Shown one piece after another: positions 1 to 8,829 of a DNA stretch of 14,225 nucleotides (position 1 is the stretch's first letter; every line of letters begins with the position of its first letter). The position numbers and the translations under genes are program-made. The notes under the pieces were generated by a model. It was not told the origin of the DNA, did no database searches, and saw only the letters and a list, made by a program, of their open reading frames with translations. Where the stretch lies: the IMG/VR virus record IMGVR_UViG_2606217174_000013, positions 1-14,225 of that record. One strand, written 5' to 3'. Origin of the DNA: a virus (taxonomy: Duplodnaviria > Heunggongvirae > Uroviricota > Caudoviricetes).

Positions 1-258
1 ATGCAAACCGTTATTTTTGGTCGTTCGGGTTGCCCTTACTGTGTGCGTGCAAAAGATCTGGCTGAGAAATTGAGCAATGAACGCGATGATTTTCAGTATC
101 AGTATGTAGATATTCGTGCGGAAGGGATCACTAAAGAAGATCTACAACAAAAGGCAGGTAAACCCGTAGAAACCGTGCCGCAGATTTTTGTCGATCAGCA
201 ACATATCGGCGGCTATACCGATTTTGCTGCATGGGTGAAAGAAAATCTGGACGCCTGA
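1..258 (+). CDS. grxA: glutaredoxin 1
   Basis: 85-aa ORF starting at window base 1, CPYC redox motif near N-terminus, sequence matches enterobacterial GrxA as I recall it; TGA stop at 256-258. Promoter lies outside the window. Confidence 0.92.
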   Translation: MQTVIFGRSGCPYCVRAKDLAEKLSNERDDFQYQYVDIRAEGITKEDLQQKAGKPVETVPQIFVDQQHIGGYTDFAAWVKENLDA

Positions 259-267
259 TCGTCTGAC

Positions 268-300
268 AAGCCCTCGCGTTGAGGGCTTTACTGATTTTTT
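268..300 (+). terminator. putative Rho-independent terminator downstream of grxA
   Basis: 8-bp perfect stem AAGCCCTC (268-275) / GAGGGCTT (281-288) with 5-nt loop, followed by a U-rich tract ending TTTTTT (295-300). The ybjM stop codon (288-290, minus strand) overlaps the stem. Confidence 0.5.
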
Positions 301-665
301 CTGTGCTGTGGTTTAAACAAACTACTGATAAATAAGAAACACAGTGCCCCCAGCGCACACCAGAACACCGCGCTTAGTAACCATGCCAGCTCTTGCCAGA
401 ATGAGCGCGTCGGTGAAAAAAACAGCCGCATAATGAGCATCGAACAGGGTGCCGCCAGCATTGCGCCAAACAGAGGTTTCAGGACTTCTCTACGCTGTGA
501 AAAGAAGCTGGCGACTGCTCCAGGAAGAATGAAAAATAGCAAGCCGATTTCAGGATGCCCGGCAGCCCGAAAAGCGCCTTTCATGTGCGTCGCCAGAAAA
601 AGGCACACCACAATGAAGAGGACAAAACAGCAGATTGCCCCCGCCCAACGTTGTTTATGTTTCAC
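288..665 (-). CDS. ybjM: small inner-membrane protein YbjM
   Basis: 125-aa strongly hydrophobic ORF, convergent with grxA and divergent from ybjL, as in the E. coli ybjL-ybjM-grxA neighbourhood; size and sequence fit YbjM as recalled. Confidence 0.8.
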   Translation of the reverse strand: MKHKQRWAGAICCFVLFIVVCLFLATHMKGAFRAAGHPEIGLLFFILPGAVASFFSQRREVLKPLFGAMLAAPCSMLIMRLFFSPTRSFWQELAWLLSAVFWCALGALCFLFISSLFKPQHRKNQ

Positions 666-934
666 TCGTTCCTCCTGACACTGCGTCTATCGAACACATT
701 TTTCGCCAGTGTGGCGTTCAGTAAGATAAAGCCGCTTCGCATTCCATGCTAATATAGGCCAACGCAATTCATATAGCCGTTGATACCTAATGTGATTACA
801 CTAGTAAAATATATTGTTACTTTACTATCGTTTAGGTGCGCTGAATGAATCTGCGCCCTGAATTCTGGTAAAAAACATTATCGTAAATTACCATTTCTTT
901 CAACAGCTTACTAGTAAACAAGAAGTTAGCCTCC

Positions 935-2620
935 GTGAATATAAACGTCGCCGAATTGTTAAATGGGAATTACATTCTGTTATTATTTGTGGTCCTCGCG
1001 CTTGGGCTATGTCTCGGAAAGTTACGACTTGGTTCGATCCAACTGGGTAATTCCATTGGCGTTTTAGTCGTATCGCTGTTATTAGGCCAACAACATTTCA
1101 GCATTAACACCGATGCGCTTAATCTTGGCTTTATGCTGTTTATTTTCTGCGTCGGGGTCGAAGCCGGACCGAACTTTTTTTCCATTTTTTTTCGCGATGG
1201 GAAAAATTACCTAATGTTAGCACTGGTGATGGTTGGCAGTGCGCTGGTGATCGCCTTAGGGTTAGGTAAGCTGTTTGGCTGGGATATTGGCCTGACGGCC
1301 GGTATGTTAGCAGGCTCTATGACGTCGACACCGGTTCTGGTCGGTGCTGGCGATACACTGCGTCATTCCGGCATGGAAAGCAGGCAGCTCTCACTGGCAC
1401 TGGATAATCTGAGCCTCGGGTATGCCTTAACCTATTTAATCGGTCTGGTGAGTTTGATTGTTGGTGCGCGTTACTTGCCGAAATTGCAGCATCAGGACTT
1501 ACAGACCAGCGCCCAGCAAATCGCCCGCGAACGTGGCCTGGACACTGATGCCAACCGTAAGGTTTATTTACCGGTGATCCGCGCCTATCGCGTCGGCCCG
1601 GAACTGGTGGCCTGGACCGACGGCAAAAATCTGCGTGAACTGGGTATTTATCGACAAACCGGCTGCTACATTGAACGTATTCGACGTAACGGGATTCTGG
1701 CAAATCCAGACGGTGATGCCGTGCTACAAATGGGCGATGAAATAGCGTTGGTAGGCTATCCCGACGCCCATGCCCGACTCGATCCCAGCTTCCGTAACGG
1801 TAAAGAAGTTTTCGATCGTGACCTTCTCGACATGCGTATCGTCACTGAAGAAGTGGTCGTTAAAAACCATAACGCTGTAGGTAAACGTCTCGCACAACTG
1901 AAGTTGACCGATCACGGTTGCTTCCTTAACCGCGTCATTCGTAGCCAGATTGAGATGCCGATAGATGACAACGTCGTGCTTAACAAAGGTGACGTTTTAC
2001 AAGTCAGCGGCGATGCCCGCCGCGTAAAAACCATCGCCGATCGCATCGGCTTTATCTCGATTCACAGCCAGGTCACTGACCTGCTGGCATTCTGCGCCTT
2101 CTTTGTTATTGGGCTGATGATCGGGATGATCACCTTCCAGTTCAGCACATTCAGTTTCGGCATGGGGAACGCTGCCGGGTTGTTATTCGCCGGAATTATG
2201 CTGGGCTTTATGCGTGCTAACCACCCGACCTTCGGTTACATTCCGCAGGGTGCATTAAGCATGGTGAAAGAGTTCGGCTTGATGGTGTTTATGGCAGGCG
2301 TTGGTCTGAGCGCCGGTAGCGGTATTAATAACGGCCTGGGCGCGATTGGCGGTCAGATGTTGATTGCCGGATTGATTGTCAGTCTGGTGCCCGTGGTTAT
2401 CTGTTTCTTGTTCGGTGCTTATGTATTGCGAATGAACCGCGCGCTGTTGTTCGGCGCAATGATGGGCGCACGTACCTGCGCGCCGGCAATGGAGATCATC
2501 AGTGATACAGCTCGCAGTAACATCCCGGCGCTGGGCTATGCGGGCACCTATGCAATCGCCAACGTCCTGCTGACGCTGGCAGGGACAATCATCGTCATGG
2601 TATGGCCAGGATTAGGATAA
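935..2620 (+). CDS. ybjL: putative transporter YbjL (AAE family; two membrane domains flanking paired cytoplasmic RCK/TrkA-C-like domains)
   Basis: 561-aa ORF with GTG start at 935, N-terminus [13 protein letters not shown]; hydrophobic N- and C-terminal blocks around a hydrophilic central region; matches enterobacterial YbjL as recalled. Confidence 0.92.
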
Positions 2621-2732
2621 AACTGAAGTTGCCCTGAAAATGAAATTTTTTTGCACAACCGCAGAACTTTTCCGCAGGGCATCAGTCTTAATTAGTGCCA
2701 CTGCTTTTCTTTGATGTCCCCATTTTGTGGAG

Positions 2733-2776
2733 CCCATCAACCCCGCCATTTCGGTTCAAGGTTGATGGGTTTTTTG
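2733..2776 (+). terminator. putative Rho-independent terminator downstream of ybjL, inside the interval that must contain the prophage junction
   Basis: 10-bp perfect inverted repeat CCCATCAACC (2733-2742) / GGTTGATGGG (2760-2769), 17-nt loop, then TTTTTTG (2770-2776). Confidence 0.5.
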
Positions 2777-2855
2777 TTGCCTGAAATTTAAGCTGTTTAA
2801 AATCATGATGTTAGAAGCACTGTTTTTTAACGATGGCGACAAAATGGCGGCAGCG

Positions 2856-3074
2856 TCAAAGAGAGAGCGCCACCTGTCCTGATTTCATTGGATGCGGCTG
2901 AACCGGATTTGACTCTTTTGGCGTTGCAATCGAACGAACAAAAGTTTCATGGGTAACAAAAGTATGGCTGCAGTTAATGTTCTGGCACTGGTTGTAACGC
3001 TCTTTGGTCAATGAAGATACCTGAAAACTGCTGCGAGTATGGGCGGCACTTCCACACAGTGGGCAAATCATCAT
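2856..3074 (-). CDS. ogr: Ogr/Delta-family zinc-finger late transcription activator
   Basis: 72-aa product from the internal ATG at 3074 (MMICPLCGS...), with GGGGAGA Shine-Dalgarno 9 nt upstream; Cys-x2-Cys...Cys-x4-Cys pattern (CPLC ... CQNINC) and KERYNQCQN motif typical of P2 Ogr; position immediately after D as in P2. The ORF-track start at 3107 is probably too far upstream. Confidence 0.85.
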   Translation of the reverse strand: MMICPLCGSAAHTRSSFQVSSLTKERYNQCQNINCSHTFVTHETFVRSIATPKESNPVQPHPMKSGQVALSL

Positions 3075-3164
3075 TTTTCGAGTTCTCCCCATTTTTGCTA
3101 AATTCACAATAATGATACCGCATTATTCCATTTTGCAAACTTAAAAGTTCTCCATTGCGAAGAA

Positions 3165-4265
3165 TCATTCCATTTCGAAATCATCAATCCTCACTTCAAG
3201 CTCCAGACTGGTCGTAAAACCATTATCCGGGCTTACGGTATGCGTCAGAGTCGTAATGGTCCATTCCGCATCATCTATCGGCTGTTTAAAGCCACTGACT
3301 TTCACTGGCATTTCCGTGTAGAGATCTGCCCGCCCTTCCGCCAGTTGTAGCGAGAATGACGCAACGCCACGTTGCAGGCGTTCCCACTGCATTTTCGCTG
3401 CCCGTTCAGCGTTGCTCCGGTTGGCATAAGTGCGATTAAGTACCAGCACGTTTTCATCCGTCCCCACCAGGTAATCGCCCTGCTTCGCTTCCGGCTCTTT
3501 CTTCTGCTTCTTAGTCCTGCGCTTACGCTTCACCGTAGTGCTTTCTTTCTTCGCGGGTTCGCGGGTATGCAACCAGCTGGCAATTACCCCCGTGTAAGCT
3601 CCGCGATCTGCCAGGGTAAAGCGGTGACTGTCGCCGTCCTTACGTGTGATAGTGATCACCGGTAGTGGTTTACCGCTGGCGCTTTTACCCTGTCCCTGTC
3701 GGATGAATAACAGATTGCCATTTTTCACCGACGCAATAGCACCGTACTGGCGCGCCAACCGCATCAGAAAACTGCCGTCACTCTCATTGGTCTGGTCTAT
3801 ATGTTCCACGGGTTTATCTGACAGGTCTTTACCCAATGCCATCTTCAGTTTGTGCCGCGCAGCTATTTCCTTCACCACTTCCCCAACGGTGGTCTTGTGC
3901 CACGACTTTTCACGGCGGGTATTCAGCGTTTCACGAAAATCAGCACTTCGCGCCCGGATAGTCAGGCGATCCGGTGCGCCAGTGTGTTCAATCTCGTCCA
4001 CCGTGAATGCCCCTTTCGGGAAAAGCGGCTGCCCCTTCCAGCCCAGCGCCAGCGTAATAACCGCACCACGACGCGGCAGCACGATTTTTCCATCGGCGTC
4101 GTCCAGTTCCAGATCAAGCTGGTCTGCTTCAAAGCCCCGGTTATCCGTCAGCGTCAGACTCATCAGGCGGTTGTCCAGCACTGTGGTGATATCCTTGCCT
4201 TCAATACTGATGCTGAATGCCGGAGTTTTGTTGCCTTTGTTAAGCAGTTCAGAGCTGAAATTCAC
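3165..4265 (-). CDS. D: tail protein D (P2 gpD / late control D family)
   Basis: 366-aa ORF; N-terminal region resembles P2 gpD; start overlaps U stop; last tail gene before ogr as in P2. Confidence 0.88.
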   Translation of the reverse strand: MNFSSELLNKGNKTPAFSISIEGKDITTVLDNRLMSLTLTDNRGFEADQLDLELDDADGKIVLPRRGAVITLALGWKGQPLFPKGAFTVDEIEHTGAPDRLTIRARSADFRETLNTRREKSWHKTTVGEVVKEIAARHKLKMALGKDLSDKPVEHIDQTNESDGSFLMRLARQYGAIASVKNGNLLFIRQGQGKSASGKPLPVITITRKDGDSHRFTLADRGAYTGVIASWLHTREPAKKESTTVKRKRRTKKQKKEPEAKQGDYLVGTDENVLVLNRTYANRSNAERAAKMQWERLQRGVASFSLQLAEGRADLYTEMPVKVSGFKQPIDDAEWTITTLTHTVSPDNGFTTSLELEVRIDDFEME

Positions 4266-4747
4266 GACAGCAGCCCTCCCACCGTTTTACTGATATCGCT
4301 TAATGCAGACGTTGCCGTGTCCTGCAGATTATTCAGCTGCGCACTGAGATCACCGAACATATCGGACAGGGATTCATCCACCCGTTTGAGCGACAGGGTG
4401 AACTCAATCCGGCGCGGCATACCATCGCGGAAAAACTCCGTTTTAGTCTGATTCAGTCCCTCAATCACATACATGCCATAAATCGTGCCGCTGCCTTCAA
4501 TCAGGGGCCATGCTTTCCCCTGTTCTGCCATCTGCTCCAGTGCCAGCAACGACAGCCTGCCGCCTGTTATCTCCGGCATAAGAACACCAGAAAGCGTCAG
4601 CATGTCGTTGTCCGGTCCCAGAAACTGCGTGGACGGACGACGATTTACCCGACTGTTTGCCGCATATCGCCAGCTGCGTTGATACTGCAGCTCCTGATAC
4701 GGTACGGTGCGCAGCATAAACACGTACAATCCCAGCACCATCATCAT
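4262..4747 (-). CDS. U: tail protein U (P2 gpU family)
   Basis: 161-aa ORF between T and D, both junctions with overlapping ATGA start/stop; size and position match P2 gpU. Confidence 0.85.
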   Translation of the reverse strand: MMMVLGLYVFMLRTVPYQELQYQRSWRYAANSRVNRRPSTQFLGPDNDMLTLSGVLMPEITGGRLSLLALEQMAEQGKAWPLIEGSGTIYGMYVIEGLNQTKTEFFRDGMPRRIEFTLSLKRVDESLSDMFGDLSAQLNNLQDTATSALSDISKTVGGLLS

Positions 4748-7700
4748 GCGTCGTATCCCCCCTGATCGCTGTAGTTACTCCTGGCCTTTGCCTTCAGTCT
4801 GCGTTCACGTTCATCAAGCTGGCGTGCCACCTCCCGCGCAATATCCTGCGCACTTTGTCCTGGCTGCGTCTGGATGATGATCTGCGTCGGTGCCTCAATC
4901 CGGTGAACGGGCGGCACAGCAGCTGCGCGACTCACCATCGCTTCGCCGCCTTTCGCGGGAAGTGCCAAAGGGTGCAACGGTGGAAGCTCTGCTGGTGCGG
5001 CAGCAACACCCATCATTCCGACAACAACCGCAGCCAGTGCAGCTGTATTTCTCCGGCTGGTCACGTTTGCCGGACCGTTAACAATTTCAGGCCCGTTTTC
5101 ACCGACAATGCCGAACTGCCCGCGCGGGATATAGCCGCCGCTGTCATACATCCCCGCAAAGCCATATCCCCATGATGGAAAACCACCCGATGGCATCATC
5201 ACTTTACCGTCTGCATTCACCGTCGCAGGTTGCTGACGCGTCACGCTTTCCGGCAGTTTCGCCTTTGCAGCTTCTTTACTGACAATGCCGAGTTTATCCA
5301 GCAACCAGGAAACACCGGATTTCAGGGAGTCCAGCGGATGCATGACCATATTCAGCCCCTCCGCCAGAGCCTCCCCGAATCGTCGCCCCATTGCCGCTGC
5401 ACTCTGCAGTTCGGCAGAGGTCGACTTAACAGGCATCAGCAGGTCAGTAAACCAGCCCCACAGCGCCTGCACTTTGTCTCCAATCCACTGGAACACAGGC
5501 TTAAGTGGTTCGAATGCGGCACTGATGGGACCAGCCGCTGCTTTGAATCCTTCCACCACGCCACCGAGAAATGCGGTGATGGGTTGCCAGTATTTCCAGA
5601 CAACCAGCGCCACGCCTGCCAGTGCAGTAACCACAAGACCTATCGGACTGAGCAGAGCACCTAACAGACCAGATATGGCATACAGGGCCACGCGCAGCAT
5701 CGCCAGCGGACCGGATGCCAGCACACGAAGCACCGCGCCTGTGGCAGTCAGCCCGCCGCGTAGTGCTGCCAGAGGATTCATAAACATCACAGCAACAGCA
5801 CGTAAACCGGATAATCCAGACCGCAATAGTGCAACCGGCGCACCTGCTACAGTTTTCAGGACATTCCCCGTCAGTGATGCCGTGCGACGCAAAGACGACA
5901 ACGGCGCAGTAAGTAAACCCGCTGCGTTGCCCGATGAAGCAAGCCCGCGTCGCAGCAGTGCCAGTGGTGCGCCAGCCAGCCAGGACAACGCGCTGCTGGT
6001 TCGAGTTACTGCTGCCGTAACGGAAGGTAACGTTTTGATACCCAGCACAGAGAATCCCAGACGGATCACTGCCAGCGGCCCCAGCACTGCAGCCAGCGCC
6101 ACCGCTAAGGTGCCGAGGCCTACGGTAACCGCAGCCACAACAGCCGCTACTTTCATCAGTGTGCCTGTCAGTTCCGGGTTAGCTTCCACCCAGCGGCGCG
6201 ACGCTCCCGTGACGCTTTTCACCATGTACAGAATATCCATCAGCGGCTGGCGCAGCGTTTCGCCCAGGCTGCTGAAGGTGTTCTGCGCTCCGGTTTTGAC
6301 CAGCAACCACTGCGCAGAAAGTGAGTCCTTGTTAATGTCGGATTCTTTCTGCATGGAGCCGAGCGCATCATTGCCCGCTGTCAGCTTTAACTGGCGCTGC
6401 AGTTCCGGCAGGTTGTTTGCCAGTTTCGCTGCGTCATCGCCAAACTCTTTACCAAACAACATGGTCATGGCAGACAGGCGCTTATCCTGCGGCAGAGCAT
6501 TCACCTTCTCCAGCACGCGCTGGATGGTTCCCATCGCATCCTTCGTCATCTGCTTTTCAATCAATTCAGGATTGAGTTTCAGCAGATTCATCCCTTCAAA
6601 GAAACTCTTGCTTTGCATGGTGGCAATGGACAATTCACGCACCATCGCGTTTGCTGCACTGGCTGCAACCTCCGGCGCAGCGCCCAGTGTCAGGAAGGTG
6701 GAACCCAGCGCCGCCGCTTTACGGTAATCCAGACGATCAGCCACACCGCCCAGGCGTTGCATGACATCAATGATGTCTGCCCCTTTCGACATGGCGTTAT
6801 CATCCAGATAGTTCAGCGCATCACCGAGCTGTTCAATATTGCGGGTAGGGATTTTGTAGAGCTGGGCGATTTTCCCCAGACTTTCTGACAGTTCATCCGC
6901 TGGCAGCTCAAAGGCTGTTGCCGCCTTTGCCGCCGTGCTGGCGAAGGCCAGCAGGTCACGTTTCTGGTCTTCCCAGCTGTCGTCAGGGTTTGCGACGTTC
7001 ATGCGCGCCCCACCTTCAACCAGTGCGGCGAAGTCCACAGCACCGTTTTCCATCGGCAACTGTTCGCTGGCAGCCTTGATGGCATCCTGCATTTCATAAA
7101 AACGCGCAGTGCGGTTGCCATTATCGTCACGCAGACCATTGACCTGCTTTGCCACACCTTTCATGGCATCTTCCATGCTGGTATAGCTTTTTACTGCCGC
7201 CATCACTGGTGCGCCCATTACCAGCCCTGCAGCCGTGGTGGTGGCTCCGGCTCCTGCGATACGATCGCGCACTTCAAGCCGTCTTGAGTATTGTTCTCTG
7301 GCAGCGTTCATCCGTGCCTGTTGTTCACCCAGACGTTTAAGTGCTTTTTGCTGGCCCTCCAGTGCCTGCCTTGTTTCTTCAGCATTTTTCTTAAGTTCTC
7401 GCTGGGCACTACTGAGTTGCCTGGTATCAATCCCTGATTCTTTAAGGGCCTGACGTTGTCTCTGGACCGCCCCCAACAAGCCGTTATAGGTCTGCTGAAG
7501 TTCCTGTACTCGTGTTTTGGCCTGACTGAATAACTTTGCCTGCGCGGCGGTTGGCCTGTTAGTGGCAGCAAATTGTGTGGCGAGTTTTGCCGCCTCTTCG
7601 CGGGCTGCGTTCAGGTTGTTGGCTGTTATGGCTAGTTGCGAGCGCGTCTTGCGAAACTCATCAATTCTGCCAGCCTGCTTATTCAGTTCTTTGAGGCTGT

Positions 7701-7821
7701 TTCTGGTATTCTGAATTGCGCCAGCCAGCTCTTTCGAACTGGCCTGTGCAGCACGGAATGGGCGGGTGAGTTTGTCAACCGCATTAAGAATGACCTGCAG
7801 GCGCAGGTTATTATCACTCAT
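4744..7821 (-). CDS. T: tail tape measure protein (P2 gpT family)
   Basis: 1025-aa ORF directly downstream of the E/E' chaperone pair; Q/A/R/E/K-rich helical N-terminal third, central Ala/Leu/Gly-rich hydrophobic block with a periodic motif, Gly-rich C-terminal part. This architecture and position are typical of tape measure proteins. Confidence 0.9.
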   Translation of the reverse strand: MSDNNLRLQVILNAVDKLTRPFRAAQASSKELAGAIQNTRNSLKELNKQAGRIDEFRKTRSQLAITANNLNAAREEAAKLATQFAATNRPTAAQAKLFSQAKTRVQELQQTYNGLLGAVQRQRQALKESGIDTRQLSSAQRELKKNAEETRQALEGQQKALKRLGEQQARMNAAREQYSRRLEVRDRIAGAGATTTAAGLVMGAPVMAAVKSYTSMEDAMKGVAKQVNGLRDDNGNRTARFYEMQDAIKAASEQLPMENGAVDFAALVEGGARMNVANPDDSWEDQKRDLLAFASTAAKAATAFELPADELSESLGKIAQLYKIPTRNIEQLGDALNYLDDNAMSKGADIIDVMQRLGGVADRLDYRKAAALGSTFLTLGAAPEVAASAANAMVRELSIATMQSKSFFEGMNLLKLNPELIEKQMTKDAMGTIQRVLEKVNALPQDKRLSAMTMLFGKEFGDDAAKLANNLPELQRQLKLTAGNDALGSMQKESDINKDSLSAQWLLVKTGAQNTFSSLGETLRQPLMDILYMVKSVTGASRRWVEANPELTGTLMKVAAVVAAVTVGLGTLAVALAAVLGPLAVIRLGFSVLGIKTLPSVTAAVTRTSSALSWLAGAPLALLRRGLASSGNAAGLLTAPLSSLRRTASLTGNVLKTVAGAPVALLRSGLSGLRAVAVMFMNPLAALRGGLTATGAVLRVLASGPLAMLRVALYAISGLLGALLSPIGLVVTALAGVALVVWKYWQPITAFLGGVVEGFKAAAGPISAAFEPLKPVFQWIGDKVQALWGWFTDLLMPVKSTSAELQSAAAMGRRFGEALAEGLNMVMHPLDSLKSGVSWLLDKLGIVSKEAAKAKLPESVTRQQPATVNADGKVMMPSGGFPSWGYGFAGMYDSGGYIPRGQFGIVGENGPEIVNGPANVTSRRNTAALAAVVVGMMGVAAAPAELPPLHPLALPAKGGEAMVSRAAAVPPVHRIEAPTQIIIQTQPGQSAQDIAREVARQLDERERRLKAKARSNYSDQGGYDA

Positions 7822-8250
7822 CGTTGGCCCCGCTTCTCTGAATCGCTTTATACCGCCATTCCAGCACTTCGGTCAGCGGCATAACGTCAGTAACGGATGG
7901 CGGCCAGTGAAAGATGGTGGCGATATCAGCCACCAGATCGTCAACCGTCAGGCTGTCGGTAAACCGGCAAGCACCGACTTCTTCAACAAAAAAGTGACAA
8001 CCTCAACCGACATGGCAGTGAGATCTGCCGGGTCCATCTCTGCAATTTCCTGTGCAGTCAGTGCCGGACTGGAGATGCGGGGGATCACGGTCATCATCGC
8101 GTTCACATCCATATCCATAATGGCCTGCAGGCGTGTGCCGCGCAGCGCACCAGACTGAGGTTTACGCAGCACAATTTCGGTAATTTCTGTTTTACCGCGC
8201 TTGATGGGAGTATCCAGTTGAATAGTCTTTTCAGTCTGCTTATCGCTCAT
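7814..8250 (-). CDS. E': tail assembly chaperone E+E' fusion produced by -1 programmed ribosomal frameshift
   Basis: I translated the -1 frame by hand from the slippery site: it stays open for 57 codons (VEEVGACRFTDSLTVDDLVADIATIFHWPPSVTDVMPLTEVLEWRYKAIQRSGANDE) and stops at TGA 7814-7816, overlapping the T start codon (7819-7821). Predicted fusion is about 145 aa. This is the conserved layout of the P2 E/E' and lambda G/GT pair. Confidence 0.65.
7948..8250 (-). CDS. E: tail assembly chaperone E (P2 gpE)
   Basis: 100-aa ORF between FII and T; AGGA Shine-Dalgarno 8 nt upstream of the ATG at 8250; contains the slippery site near its 3' end. Confidence 0.85.
   Translation of the reverse strand: MSDKQTEKTIQLDTPIKRGKTEITEIVLRKPQSGALRGTRLQAIMDMDVNAMMTVIPRISSPALTAQEIAEMDPADLTAMSVEVVTFLLKKSVLAGLPTA
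7987..7993 (-). other. slippery heptamer T_TTT_TTG for the E to E' -1 frameshift
   Basis: Minus-strand sequence GTC ACT TTT TTG TTG AAG in the E frame (VTFLLK); the plus strand shows CAAAAAAG at 7987-7994. Confidence 0.6.
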
Positions 8251-8275
8251 TTTGTTGTCCTGTAAATTGGGTTCT

Positions 8276-8293
8276 GGCGCGGCATTCCGCGCC
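8276..8293 (-). other. intercistronic stem-loop between FII and E
   Basis: Perfect 7-bp stem GGCGCGG / CCGCGCC with a 4-nt loop in the 54-bp FII-E spacer; no following U-tract on the transcribed strand, so not a canonical intrinsic terminator. Confidence 0.4.
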
Positions 8294-8304
8294 GTTCAGA
8301 TACA

Positions 8305-8820
8305 TCAGAGGCCGAGGGCGTTGCGGTGCGCTTCCATCAGGTCCATACCGTCCACAATTTCCACCATATTGATAAGGTCCACTTCATAGAGCACCTCACC
8401 ATTGATGGTCAGCTTCGCGTAGCTGTTGGTACTGGTCACTTTGGTGGTGTTGCTTTCGCCCGTCTTCCACTCGCCGGAATCCACTTCTTTGTGACGTCCA
8501 CGCACCACAAGCTCCACGGCCTGCACTTCTCCGGTATCGTCACGCTGGATAGAGCCGGTAAAGCGCAACTGGATGCCATCCACCGTGGCTTTGCCCATCT
8601 GCTTAAACAGCAGCAGTTCAGTACCACCAATGGAAAATTCTGTGTCCAGCGCACTGTCATCAAGCCCCAGATCCACATCCACTGCACCAGGCATTCCGCC
8701 GCCGCGATACTTCTCATATTTGCGGGTGAATTTCGGCAGCGTCAGCGACTCTACGATCCCCTGCCAGTTGTTCCCGTCGTTAAACAGGTTCAGATGTTTT
8801 AATTTGCGTGGTAAAGCCAT
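8305..8820 (-). CDS. FII: tail tube protein (P2 gpFII)
   Basis: 171-aa ORF immediately downstream of the sheath gene (9-bp spacer containing GGGGA); size and position match P2 FII. Confidence 0.88.
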   Translation of the reverse strand: MALPRKLKHLNLFNDGNNWQGIVESLTLPKFTRKYEKYRGGGMPGAVDVDLGLDDSALDTEFSIGGTELLLFKQMGKATVDGIQLRFTGSIQRDDTGEVQAVELVVRGRHKEVDSGEWKTGESNTTKVTSTNSYAKLTINGEVLYEVDLINMVEIVDGMDLMEAHRNALGL

Positions 8821-8829
8821 GTTGTCCCC

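Noticed and set aside
433-752. Plus-strand ORFs of 81 and 65 aa overlapping ybjM and its upstream region
   Set aside because: Antisense to the hydrophobic ybjM gene and run into the divergent ybjM/ybjL promoter region; Arg/Lys-rich with no plausible start context.
970-1915. Minus-strand ORFs of 71, 128 and 63 aa inside ybjL
   Set aside because: Nested antisense to the clearly coding ybjL frame.
2621-2855. Possible tRNA gene or canonical P2 att core at the prophage junction
   Set aside because: A GGTTCAAGG stretch looks superficially like a T-loop, but I could not fold a cloverleaf with acceptor stem and CCA context around it, and I do not recognise the P2 att core. Left as unresolved, not annotated.
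3372-4451. Plus-strand ORFs of 97, 215 and 199 aa antisense to D and U
   Set aside because: Fully contained in the D and U coding regions; Ser/Arg/Pro-rich low-complexity translations; would break the tightly coupled, overlapping-stop/start P2 tail operon.
5285-6727. 480-aa ORF on the plus strand, antisense to the tape measure gene
   Set aside because: Lies entirely inside the much longer, well-supported minus-strand T gene; product is low-complexity Ser/Ala/Pro/Arg/Thr-rich with no start context. This is the usual antisense open frame of a GC-rich gene.
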